Below, in pieces: positions 29,974 through 41,854 of a stretch of DNA of 64,000 nt (positions within the stretch are counted from its first letter, which is position 1; each line of letters begins with the position of its first letter). The DNA comes from an uncultured Acidobacteriota bacterium (lineage in GTDB: Bacteria; Acidobacteriota; Thermoanaerobaculia; UBA5066; Gp7-AA6), in NCBI GenBank assembly GCA_963797495.1, contig CAWCPN010000002.1:532096-596095 (forward strand), in the 5' to 3' direction. Position numbers and translations under genes: made by a program. Under the pieces are notes generated by a model. It saw nothing but the letters and a program-made list of their open reading frames with translations. It did not search any database and was not told where the DNA came from.

Positions 29974-31153
29974 GTCGCGATCCCTCGCTCGCCGCGCGAG
30001 CTCGGCCGCGAAGCGTCGCCCGATCGGGCCCCATCCATACGCCGTCTCGACGCGGGCGCGCGCCGCCGCCGCCTGGCGCCTGGCGGCGCCGGCGTCGGCG
30101 AGCAGCGAGGCGACGGCCTCGGCGAAGTCACCCGCCTCGTCACGGCAGCAGGATCTCGGAGTCCGGAAGAAGCTCCAGCCCTTCCGCCCCGATCGAGGTC
30201 GCGACGACGGGCACGCCCGCCGCCGCGGCTTCCAGGATCTTGAGTCGGGTGCCTCCGCCCGCGCGCAGCGGCACCGCCGCCACGGCGGCCCGCGCCCAGT
30301 GCGCGCGGGCATCCCCGCCCTCGCCCAGCAGCGCCGCGGCCGGCCCCGCGAGCCCGGCCAGGTCGGGCGGGGCCGCCCTCCCGACGATCTCCGCGCGCGC
30401 GTCGGGACGCAGGATACGCACCCGCGGCCACACTTCCCGAAGGAACCAGCGAACGCCGTCCGCGTTCGGCGGCCAGGACAGGTCGCCGACGAAAACGACG
30501 AACTCGCCGGCCGGGGCCGCCGCGCGCCGCGGGAACCGGTCGAGATCGACCCCGTTCGGAACGACCAGCGGCGGCGGCGGCGCCGAGCGCCTCGAGAGCG
30601 CGTGCGTCGCGGGCGGACACGGCCGACACGCCGGCGGCCCCCGCGACGAGCCGCCGTTCGAGGGCGGCGACACGGCCCGCCTGGAGCCGCGCGAAGCGGC
30701 GGACGGTGCCGCCTTCCGCCGTCTCGGCGGTGCGCCGCCAGATTTCGGAATCCAGGTTGTGAAAGTCGATCCAGGCCGGGGCACCCGCGGCGAGCGCGGC
30801 CGGCGCGACGTGATACGCGTGGGCCACGATCCAGGCCGGCCGTTCGTCGATCAGGGCACGGAGCCGGCGGGTGAGCTTCGCCGATCGGTAGAGGCGTTCC
30901 GAGTATGCGCCTCCGGCCGCCAGGCTCCCGGCCGCGGCCACGACCCTCCGGGCCCTGCGAGGAGCCTGCGGAACGATCTCCGCCTCGATGCCCTCGGGCC
31001 ATTCGCCCTCGTACGGGCGCTCCGGATCGGAGAACGCGAGCGCGCGAACCCGGAACGGCTCGGCGAGAGCCGACAGCAGGTGGAAGTTGCGGATCGCCAG
31101 GCCGTCGCGCGAGGCGTGGGGCGGCCGCGGAAGCAGGCTCACGACGAGTGGTT

Positions 31154-31157
<4 letters not shown>
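29970..31157 (-). CDS. GT4-family (GT-B) glycosyltransferase, with 2 frameshifts
   Basis: The N-domain (MKPLVVSLLPRPPHASRDGLAIRNFHLL) and the C-domain with EG..RLKILEAAAAGVPVV motif lie in three successive frames, joined at about 30560 and 30140. The ATGA overlap joins it to the upstream GT2. Confidence 0.7.
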
Positions 31158-34072
<2,915 letters not shown>

Positions 34073-34156
34073 GAACTTCGCCTCCTGTGAAGTGTTTGTG
34101 GCCTCGCTTGCCGCTCCGGCCGTCCCCCAGGGGATGGCTCGAGGCGGAGGGCAATA

Positions 34157-34183
34157 CTAGCACTCGTCTCGTACGAGTGCTAG
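34157..34183. promoter_or_regulatory. CIRCE operator (HrcA binding site) upstream of groES
   Basis: CTAGCACTC-gtctcgtac-GAGTGCTAG matches the CIRCE consensus TTAGCACTC-N9-GAGTGCTAA, about 75-100 nt upstream of the groES start. Confidence 0.85.
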
Positions 34184-34242
34184 TAGCCTCTCCATCATGC
34201 CGCAACACATTGATTTACATGAGTTTAGCATTAGGATAGACG

Positions 34243-35226
34243 TTGATGGACTGGCACAACGGCAACGTGCTGATCACCGGCGGCCTCGGGTTCATCGGCT
34301 CCAACCTCGCCGCCCGGCTGGTCGCCGAGGGGGCCCGCGTCACTCTCTGCGACGCGCTCATCGAGGGCTACGGCGGCAACCCGGCGAACATCCGCGAGAT
34401 CGCCTCGCGCGTCGAGGTCGACCGGTCGGACGTCCGGGATGCCGACGCGATGGCCCGTCTGGTCGCCGGGCGCGACGTCGTCTTCCACCTCGCGGCCCAG
34501 GTTTCGCACGTCATGTCCCTTTCGAACCCGTATCCGGACATCGACATCAACATCAAGGGCACGGCCGTGGTGCTCGAGGCGTGCCGCGCCCGGAACCCGC
34601 ACGCCGTCGTCGTGCGTTCCGGAACCCGGGGCCAGTACGGGCCGGCGGTCCGGCTGCCCGTATCGGAGGAGACGCCCTCGGACCCGCGCGGCATCTACGA
34701 GATCTCGCAGCTCTCGGCCGAAATGATCTGCCGGACCTACACCCGGATCCACGGCATCCGGACGGTGCCCCTGCGCCTCACGAACGTCTACGGCCCGCGC
34801 GCCCAGATGCGGCACTCCCAGTTCGGCGTCGTCAACTGGTTCGTTCGGCTGGCGCTCGAGAGTCGGCCGATTCCGATCTTCGGCACGGGAAAGATCCTGC
34901 GCGACTTCCTCTACGTCGACGACTGCGTCGCGGCCCTCCTGGCCGCGGCATCCTCCCCGGCGGCTGTCGGCGAGATCCTCAACGTGGGTCACGACCGGCC
35001 GTCGACGTTCCTGGAGGTCGCCGAGATCCTGCGGGAGCTCGTGCCCGGGGCGAGCCTCGAGTTCACGGATTTCACTCCCGAGCGCCGGGCGCAGGAGCCG
35101 GGCGACTTCGTCTCCGACATCGCGAAGATCCGCCGTCTTCTCGGCTGGGAGCCGCACGTCGGCCTTCGCGAGGGCCTGGCGCGCACGGTCGCGTACTACC
35201 GGGAGCGGCGTTCCGACTACTTCTGA
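34243..35226 (+). CDS. NAD-dependent nucleotide-sugar epimerase/dehydratase (SDR family)
   Basis: VLITGGLGFIGSNL, YEISQLSAE (YxxxQ/K-like) and an NVYGPR motif; intact at 327 aa. Confidence 0.8.
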   Translation: MMDWHNGNVLITGGLGFIGSNLAARLVAEGARVTLCDALIEGYGGNPANIREIASRVEVDRSDVRDADAMARLVAGRDVVFHLAAQVSHVMSLSNPYPDIDINIKGTAVVLEACRARNPHAVVVRSGTRGQYGPAVRLPVSEETPSDPRGIYEISQLSAEMICRTYTRIHGIRTVPLRLTNVYGPRAQMRHSQFGVVNWFVRLALESRPIPIFGTGKILRDFLYVDDCVAALLAAASSPAAVGEILNVGHDRPSTFLEVAEILRELVPGASLEFTDFTPERRAQEPGDFVSDIAKIRRLLGWEPHVGLREGLARTVAYYRERRSDYF

Positions 35227-35268
35227 AGCGCCGCCCGGCGCCTCGATTCCATTAAGCTAGCCCCGCTC

Positions 35269-35829
35269 ATGATTTCCATCCATCCGACGGCCCTCGTCGC
35301 CACGACGGCGATCGGCGACGGTACGCGAATCTGGGCGTTCGTCAACATTCTGGGCGGGGCGCGGATCGGGCGCGACTGCAACGTCTGCGACCGCTGCTTC
35401 ATCGAAAACGACGTGGTTCTGGGCGACCGCGTGACCGTCAAGTGCGGGGTATCCCTCTACGACGCGCTGACGATCGAAGACGACGTCTTCGTCGGCCCCG
35501 GCGTGACGTTTTCCAACGACCCGCGGCCCCGCAGCGGCCACCACCCGGACTCGTATCCGCGGACGACGGTGCGCCAGGGAGCGAGCCTCGGGGCCGGAGC
35601 GATCCTTCTGCCCGGCATGACGGTCGGGCGCTTCGCGATGGTCGGGGCCGGCTCCCTCGTCACGCGCGACGTCCCGGACTTCGCCCTCGTCTACGGCTCC
35701 CCCGCCCAGGTCCACGGCCACGTCTGCCGCTGCGGGAAGACGCTCCGGTTCGACGACGGCGGCGCGGGATGCGCCTGCGGCCGCCGCTATCGGAGAGGCG
35801 CCGGCGGAGACATCGAGGAGACGGCGTGA
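35269..35829 (+). CDS. Hexapeptide-repeat sugar N-acetyltransferase (PglD/WxcM-like)
   Basis: Left-handed beta-helix hexapeptide repeats (IGDGTRIWAFVNILGGARIGRDCNV...), 186 aa. Confidence 0.75.
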   Translation: MISIHPTALVATTAIGDGTRIWAFVNILGGARIGRDCNVCDRCFIENDVVLGDRVTVKCGVSLYDALTIEDDVFVGPGVTFSNDPRPRSGHHPDSYPRTTVRQGASLGAGAILLPGMTVGRFAMVGAGSLVTRDVPDFALVYGSPAQVHGHVCRCGKTLRFDDGGAGCACGRRYRRGAGGDIEETA

Positions 35830-36961
35830 GCGCGGAGACGGCGGCCCCGACGAAGGTGCCGTTCGGCGCTCTCGCTCTCGACTACCGCGACAAGAAGGCG
35901 GCGATCGACGCGGCGAATCGCCCGGGTGCTCGAGCGCGGCTGGTTCATCCTCGGCGAAGAGGTCCGGGCGTTCGAGGAGGCGTTTGCGAAGTTCCTCGCC
36001 GTGGAGCACGTGGTGGCCTGCGCCAGCGGAACCGAGGCGATCGCCCTCGCGCTCCGGGCGCTCGACGCCGGTCCCGACGACGCCGTGGTGGTTCCCGCCA
36101 ACACGTGCGGCGCCGACGCTCGCCGGCGTGCGGATGGCCGGCGCGCGGCCGGTGCTCGCCGACGTCGATCCGGAAACGCTGACCCTGGATGCGGCCGGCG
36201 TCGAGCGCGTCCTGACTCCGGCCGTCCGGTTCGTCCTGCCCGTCCACCTCTACGGAGGCCCGGCCGACCTCCCCGGCCTCGTCCCGCTGGCCGCGGAAAG
36301 GCGGCTGACGCTCGTCGAGGACTGCGCGCAGAGCCCACGGCGCGCTGTTCCAGGACCGCGCCGCCGGGACCTTCGGAGCCGCCGCGGCTTTTTCCTTCTA
36401 CCCGTCGAAAAACCTCGGCGCCTACGGCGACGGCGGGGCGGTCGTGACGGGCGACGCGGGGACCGCCGACGCCCTGCGGCAATTGCGGCAGTACGGCTGG
36501 AGCCGGCGCGACTTCGCCGATTCGCGAGGGTTGGAACTCGCGGCTGGACGAGCTCCAGGCCGCGATCCTCTCGCGCGAGGCTCCCCTTCCTCGCCCGCGA
36601 GAACGCCCGCCGGATCGAGATCGCGGGCCGCTACGACGCCGCGTTCGCCGCGCTCCCCCTCCAGCTCCTCTCGACGCGCCCCGGTGCGGTGCCCGCGCGC
36701 CATCTCTACCCGGTCCGCCACGCGAAGCGCGACGCCCTCGCCGAGCACCTCCGGGCGCGCGGCATCGAGACCGGAGTGCACTACCCGGTGCCGCTCCATC
36801 TGCAGCCGGCCTTCGCGTTCCTCGGCGGCCGCCGCGGCGACTTTCCCGTCTCGGAGGCGGCCTGCGAGAGCGTCCTGTCGCTGCCCATCCACCCGATGCT
36901 GTCCGACGGGCAGGTCGAGGCCGTGGTCGACGCCGTCCGCGCGTTCTTCGAAGGCCGGCGC
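35826..36961 (+). CDS. DegT/DnrJ/EryC1/StrS-family PLP-dependent sugar aminotransferase (ArnB/PglE-like), with about 5 frameshifts
   Basis: Conserved blocks [68 protein letters not shown] and [10 protein letters not shown] spread over three frames. Joins are near 35912, 36108, 36338, 36533 and 36570. The GTG start overlaps the acetyltransferase stop (GTGA). Confidence 0.75.
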
Positions 36962-37900
36962 GTGAGTCGCGAGCTCGTCTCGGTCGTCGTGCCCGTCTAT
37001 TTCAACGCGGAGAGCCTCCCGCGGCTGGCCGAGCGGCTCAGCGCGATCGCGCGGGGCGCCGACTGGGACATGGAGGTCGTGTTCGTGGACGACGGCTCGA
37101 CGGACGCCTCATGGGAGCGAATTTCGGAGATCGCGCGGGTCTGGCCGGCCGCCCGCGGCCTGCGCCTGACGCGCAACTTCGGCTCCCAGATGGCCATCGC
37201 GGCCGGTCTCGCCGAGGCGAAGGGCCAGGCGGCCGCCGTGCTCTCGGCCGACCTTCAGGAGCCGCCGGAGCTGCTGCCGGAGATGGTGTCCGCCTGGCGG
37301 CGCGGCGCCACCGCGGTGCTCGCCGTGCGCCGGAGCCGGCCCGAGGGAATGGCGACCCGGGCCGCGGCCGGCTTCTACTACCGCACGCTCCGGCGCCTCG
37401 CCTTCTCACAGATGCCCGCCGGCGGCTTCGACTGTTTCCTGTCGGCCGGCCCGCGATCGACTTCCTGGTCGAGAGCCGGGAGGTCCACACGTCGCTGCCG
37501 GGCCTGCTGCTCTGGGGTGGATTCGCGACGGCGCTGGTCCCCTACGACCGCGCCGCGCGCGAGGAGGGCGAGTCGCGCTGGACCTTCGCCAAGAAGCTCA
37601 AGTACTTCCTCGACGCCGTCATCTCGTTTTCCTACGCGCCGCTGCGCTGGATGTCGGTCGCCGGCGCCATGCTCGCGCTCGCCGCTTTCGCCTACGCCGT
37701 CTTCCTGGTCGCCTACAAGCTGATCCACGGCCAGCCCATCCAGGGCTGGACCTCGCTGATGGTGGCCTCGCCTTCTTCTCGGGCGTGCAGCTGCTCTCGC
37801 TCGGCGTCCTGGGCGAGTACCTCTGGCGCACGCTCGACGCCGCCGGGCGCGAAAGGGATTTCTCGTTCGGGAAAAGACCGGCGGCTGAAACCCGGGCCGG
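36962..37900 (+). CDS. ArnC-like family 2 glycosyltransferase (polyprenyl-phosphate sugar transferase with C-terminal TM helices), with about 2 frameshifts; 3' end uncertain
   Basis: [22 protein letters not shown] and a C-terminal TM segment with [10 protein letters not shown], as in ArnC/GtrB. It shares a frame with the upstream DegT with no intervening stop. Frame changes are near 37445 and 37760. Confidence 0.65.
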
Positions 37901-37901
37901 G

Positions 37902-39028
37902 CTACGGCGTCGCCCGGTCGACCTCGGCGGCGACGCGCTCCACCTCGGAGTCGGTCATCTCCGGAAAGATCGGCAGCGCCAGGACCTCGCTTCGCCGCCT
38001 TCTCGGCCTCCGGGAAATCGCCCTCGCGCCCTCCGAGGCCCGCGAAACACGTCTGCAGGTGCAGGGGCACCGGGTAGAAGACCGACGATCCCGATTCCGC
38101 GTTCCGCGAGGCGCGCCCTCACGCCGTCGCGATCGGCGACCCGAACGACGTACTGGTGGTAGACGTGGCGCCGGCCGGGCGCCTCCACGGGCAGACGGAC
38201 CCGGCCGGCACGGGCGGCGTCGGCGAGGAGAGCGTCGTAGCGGCGCGGCGATCGCGCGCCGGCGCTCGGTCCACGCCTCGAGCCGCGGCAACTTGGCCGA
38301 CAGCACGGCCGCCTGCACGGCGTCGAGGCGGAAGTTGCCGCCCACGCGGTCGTGGAGGTACGTCGTGGTCGATCCGTGAAGCCGCAGGCTCCGGACCCGC
38401 GCCGCGAGCTCGTCGTCGTCGGTCGCCACCGCGCCCGCGTCGCCGGCCGCGCCGAGGTTCTTCGTGGGGTAGAACGAGAACGCCGCCAGGCTTCCCATCG
38501 ACCCCGCCGGCCGGCCGCGATGCCGCGCGCCGACCGCCTGGCACGCGTCTTCGAGAACGGGAATCCCGCGCCGCCGCGGCGATCTCCAGGATCGGATCCA
38601 TGTCGGCGCACTGGCCGTAGAGGTGCACCGGCTGAATCGCCTTCGTGCGCGGCGTGATCGCACGCCTCCAGGCGGGAGGGATCGAGATTGAACGTGCCGG
38701 GCTCGATGTCCACGAAAACGGGACGCGCGCCGAGCCGCGCGACGGCCCCCGCGGACGCGAAGAAGCTGAACGGCGAGGTCACCACCTCGTCTCCCGCGCC
38801 GACGCCGAGGGCCATCAGCGACACCAGGAGCGCGTCCGTGCCCGACGAGACGCCGAGCGCGTGCCGGACGCCGAGGAGCTCCCGGAGGCTGGCCTCGAAG
38901 GCCGTGTTGGCGGGCCCGAGGACGAATCGGCCGGAGGCGAATACCTCCGCCACGCGGCGGGCGATCTCGGCTTTCAGGTCCTCGTCGTAACGCGTCAGAT
39001 CGAGGACAGGGATCGGCGCCGCGTTCAC
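37902..39028 (-). CDS. Second DegT/DnrJ/EryC1-family sugar aminotransferase, with about 5 frameshifts
   Basis: [81 protein letters not shown] and [17 protein letters not shown] spread across three frames. Confidence 0.7.
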
Positions 39029-39131
39029 GGGCGGGATTGTACCGGCGCCGCCGGACGGTCCGCGCAGGGCGCCGGGCGCGAGGGTGCCGCTCCGAAAATA
39101 CGGCGGATCCGCATGGGCGCCATCATCGAGT

Positions 39132-40478
39132 CTACGGACCTCCCGTTCCGGCCGCCTGCGCGTCCCGCCGGAGCAGGTGCGCCGTGAATCCGTCCACGCG
39201 GTCGTCGGGAAGCAGGCGAAACCGTGCCCCGTCGACGAAGGGCGCGAGAGCGGAGGGGGCGGTGATGGCGGCCGGGGCGAGGCCCGGTGTCGCGGCGCAG
39301 ACGCGCTCGACGACCCGCTCGTTCTCCTCGAATTCCAGGCTGCAGGTCGAGTACAGCAGGAACCCGCCCGGCGCGAGCAGCGCCGCCGCCGAAGCCAGCT
39401 GCGCCTCCTGGGCCGTCGCCAGGCGCTCGATGGCCTCCCGGCTCACGCGGTAACGGATCTCGGGGTTCTTCCGCAGCGTCCCGGTGCCGCTGCACGGCGC
39501 ATCGAGCAGCACGCGGTCGAACCGACCCGGCGGCAGCGGGAGAGCCCCGAGGTCGGCGGCAACCAGCCGAATCGCCGCGCCGAGCCGCCGCGCGTTTTCG
39601 GCGACGCGCGGCAACCGCGAAAGCGAGGCATCGAAAGCCAGCACACGCTGCGCCCGGCCGTGGGCGAGCGCCGAGAGCGACTTGCCTCCGGGGGCCGCCG
39701 CCAGGTCGACGAGCAGCTCGCCCTCCGGCAGGAGAATCGGCAGCACCTGGCCGCCCACGTCCTGGACGCTGAACCCGCCGGACGCCAGGAGCGACGACCG
39801 CAGCAGGCGTCCCGAGGTCACGGTCAGGCCGAGGGGGGCGAGCGGCGACATCTCCGTTTCGACGCCGTCGGCCGAGAGGGCCGCCCGAATCGCATCGCGT
39901 GTTCCGAAAGCGGGATTGACGAGCACGTCCAGACGTGGCGGGACGTTGTCGGCTTCCAGCACCCGCCGCGTCGTTCGCGCTCCGAAGCGCTCGAGCCAGC
40001 GCTCCACGAGGAATCGCGGGTGCGAGTAGAACCGTGCGAGTTCCGCCGCCACGTCGCCGACGGGAGCCGCCGGCGGCGGCAACAGCAGGATGCCGCGCAG
40101 GATGCCGTTCACGAGCTTGCCGGCGCCTTCGCCGCCGCTCGAGCGCGCGTGCTCGACCGCTTCGCTCACGGCGGCGTAGGGCGGGACCCGGTCGAGGTGG
40201 CGCAGCTGATAGAGCCCGACCTCGAGGATCTCCAGCAGGTTCGGTGCGAGCTTCGGGAGCGGGATCCGCGAAACGCCGGCGATCTCGGCGTCCAGTCCCG
40301 CCCTCCACCGCAGGACGCCCAGAACGAGCTCGCGCAGGAGGTCCGCATCGGCCGCCGAGAGGCCGCGGGCGAGCTCCCCGACGAGCGGCGCCGCGAGCCG
40401 CCCGCCGCCGAGCACCTTGCGCAACGCCTCGACCGCGCGCCTGCGGGCGGTCGGAGCAGGACGCCGCTTCGACTTCAC
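39132..40478 (-). CDS. rsmB: 16S rRNA (cytosine967-C5)-methyltransferase
   Basis: NusB-like N-domain plus a SAM methyltransferase with DAPCSGTG and a catalytic TCS motif, downstream of fmt. Confidence 0.9.
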   Translation of the reverse strand: MKSKRRPAPTARRRAVEALRKVLGGGRLAAPLVGELARGLSAADADLLRELVLGVLRWRAGLDAEIAGVSRIPLPKLAPNLLEILEVGLYQLRHLDRVPPYAAVSEAVEHARSSGGEGAGKLVNGILRGILLLPPPAAPVGDVAAELARFYSHPRFLVERWLERFGARTTRRVLEADNVPPRLDVLVNPAFGTRDAIRAALSADGVETEMSPLAPLGLTVTSGRLLRSSLLASGGFSVQDVGGQVLPILLPEGELLVDLAAAPGGKSLSALAHGRAQRVLAFDASLSRLPRVAENARRLGAAIRLVAADLGALPLPPGRFDRVLLDAPCSGTGTLRKNPEIRYRVSREAIERLATAQEAQLASAAALLAPGGFLLYSTCSLEFEENERVVERVCAATPGLAPAAITAPSALAPFVDGARFRLLPDDRVDGFTAHLLRRDAQAAGTGGP

Positions 40479-40482
40479 CGTC

Positions 40483-41433
40483 TCACCGCGCGGGCCCGAA
40501 GCGCCCGGGCAGCCTCGCGGCGCGGGCGAATTCCGCGCCCGTCACGGCCCGGCGCCCGGCGCGCTGGAGCCGCCGGACGGCGAGCGCCGAGCGCCCGCCG
40601 GCCGCCACCACGAGCTCGCCCGAAGCAAGATCGAAGGCGCCCGGCACGGCGTCGCCGACCGGGGGCCCCGGCCGCGCCTCCAGGATCTTGACCCGCTCGC
40701 CCTCGAGGAAAGTGTAGAGGCCGGGCCACGGAGTGAAGGCGCGCAGCCGACGCAGGATCTCCGGCGCGGGCCGTTGCCAGTCGACGAGCGCGTCCTCGCG
40801 GCGGATGGGCCGACACAGCGTCGCCTCGCCCTGCTGCGGCCGCGGCGACAGCCGGCCGGCCGCGAGGCCGGCGAGCGTCTCGGCGAGCAGCGTGCCGCCG
40901 ATGGCCGCGAGCCGGCCCGAGAGCTCGCCGGCGGTTTCGTCCTCGCCGATCCTCACGCGGCGCACGCGATAGACCGGTCCGGTGTCGAGCCCCTCCTCCA
41001 TCCGCATCGTCACGACGCCGGTCTCCGCGTCGCCCGCGAGGATCGCGGCCTGGATCGGCGAGGCGCCGCGCCAGCGCGGCAGGAGCGAGGCGTGAACGTT
41101 GACGCAGCCGAGCGGCGCGAGCTCGAGGATCTCCCGGGGAAGGATTCGCCCGTAGGCGACCACCGCGATGGCTTCCGGTCGGGCGCGAGTCAGCGACTCG
41201 ACCAATTCCGCGTTGCCGCGCAGGGTCGGCGGCTTCGCTGCCGGGATCCCCCGGGATCGGGCGAGCTCGGAAACCGGCGACGGGCGCGGCTCCGCGTGCC
41301 GGCCCGCCGGACGGTCGGGCTGCGTGACGACGAGAGGAACATCGATGCCGGCGCCGAGAAGGGTCTCGAGCGCGACGGCGGCGAACTCCGGCGTTCCGAA
41401 GAAAACCGTCCGGGGCCGCGGGTCGTGGGTCAT
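40483..41433 (-). CDS. fmt: Methionyl-tRNA formyltransferase
   Basis: VFFGTPEFA, the SLLPRWRGASPIQ catalytic loop and a C-terminal domain; canonical fmt-rsmB pairing. Confidence 0.9.
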   Translation of the reverse strand: MTHDPRPRTVFFGTPEFAAVALETLLGAGIDVPLVVTQPDRPAGRHAEPRPSPVSELARSRGIPAAKPPTLRGNAELVESLTRARPEAIAVVAYGRILPREILELAPLGCVNVHASLLPRWRGASPIQAAILAGDAETGVVTMRMEEGLDTGPVYRVRRVRIGEDETAGELSGRLAAIGGTLLAETLAGLAAGRLSPRPQQGEATLCRPIRREDALVDWQRPAPEILRRLRAFTPWPGLYTFLEGERVKILEARPGPPVGDAVPGAFDLASGELVVAAGGRSALAVRRLQRAGRRAVTGAEFARAARLPGRFGPAR

Positions 41434-41470
41434 GGCTTGCGGCTCGTGTCCGAGGGTCGAGGCCCGGAAC

Positions 41471-41854
41471 TCAGACCAGCGGTTTCTCGGCCGGACTCTC
41501 GACGTCGCGGGTCGCCGTCGGCGGCTCGGGAGAGGCCTGCGCTTTCGGGTGTCGCAGCTTCCAGAGACGGCGTGCCGCGAGGATCCCGGCGCCGCCGAAG
41601 CCCAGAAGGGCCAGACCGTTGATCACGCCGAACCACGCCCAGACGCGGGGCCAGGCGTACGAATAGCCGAACAGGAAAATCGACAGGAACAAAACGAAGG
41701 CGAAGAGCGCCGCGACGATGGTCCGACGCTGCTCGTGCTCCGGGTTCCAGGGCGGGTCGAGGAACCCGAGGCCCCGGGCCAGCCGGTAGGTGGCCCAGGC
41801 AAGAATCGGCGCCGCCGCGGTCGCCAGGACGAGGTAGCGCATGGGTCGCGTCAT
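41471..41854 (-). CDS. Small integral membrane protein (3-4 TM helices)
   Basis: The ATG overlaps the ftsK stop (ATGA) and the protein has hydrophobic helices. No recognisable family. Confidence 0.45.
   Translation of the reverse strand: MTRPMRYLVLATAAAPILAWATYRLARGLGFLDPPWNPEHEQRRTIVAALFAFVLFLSIFLFGYSYAWPRVWAWFGVINGLALLGFGGAGILAARRLWKLRHPKAQASPEPPTATRDVESPAEKPLV

Noticed and set aside
34250-34272. TGGCAC-N5-CAACG sequence resembling a sigma-54 -24 element
   Set aside because: It lies inside the epimerase coding start and lacks the TTGC -12 element, so it is a chance match.
40483-41433. fmt as the missing ArnA-like formyltransferase of the amino-sugar pathway
   Set aside because: It is in canonical fmt-rsmB arrangement and includes the tRNA-binding C-domain, so it is the housekeeping Met-tRNA formyltransferase. 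The pathway more likely uses the hexapeptide N-acetyltransferase.
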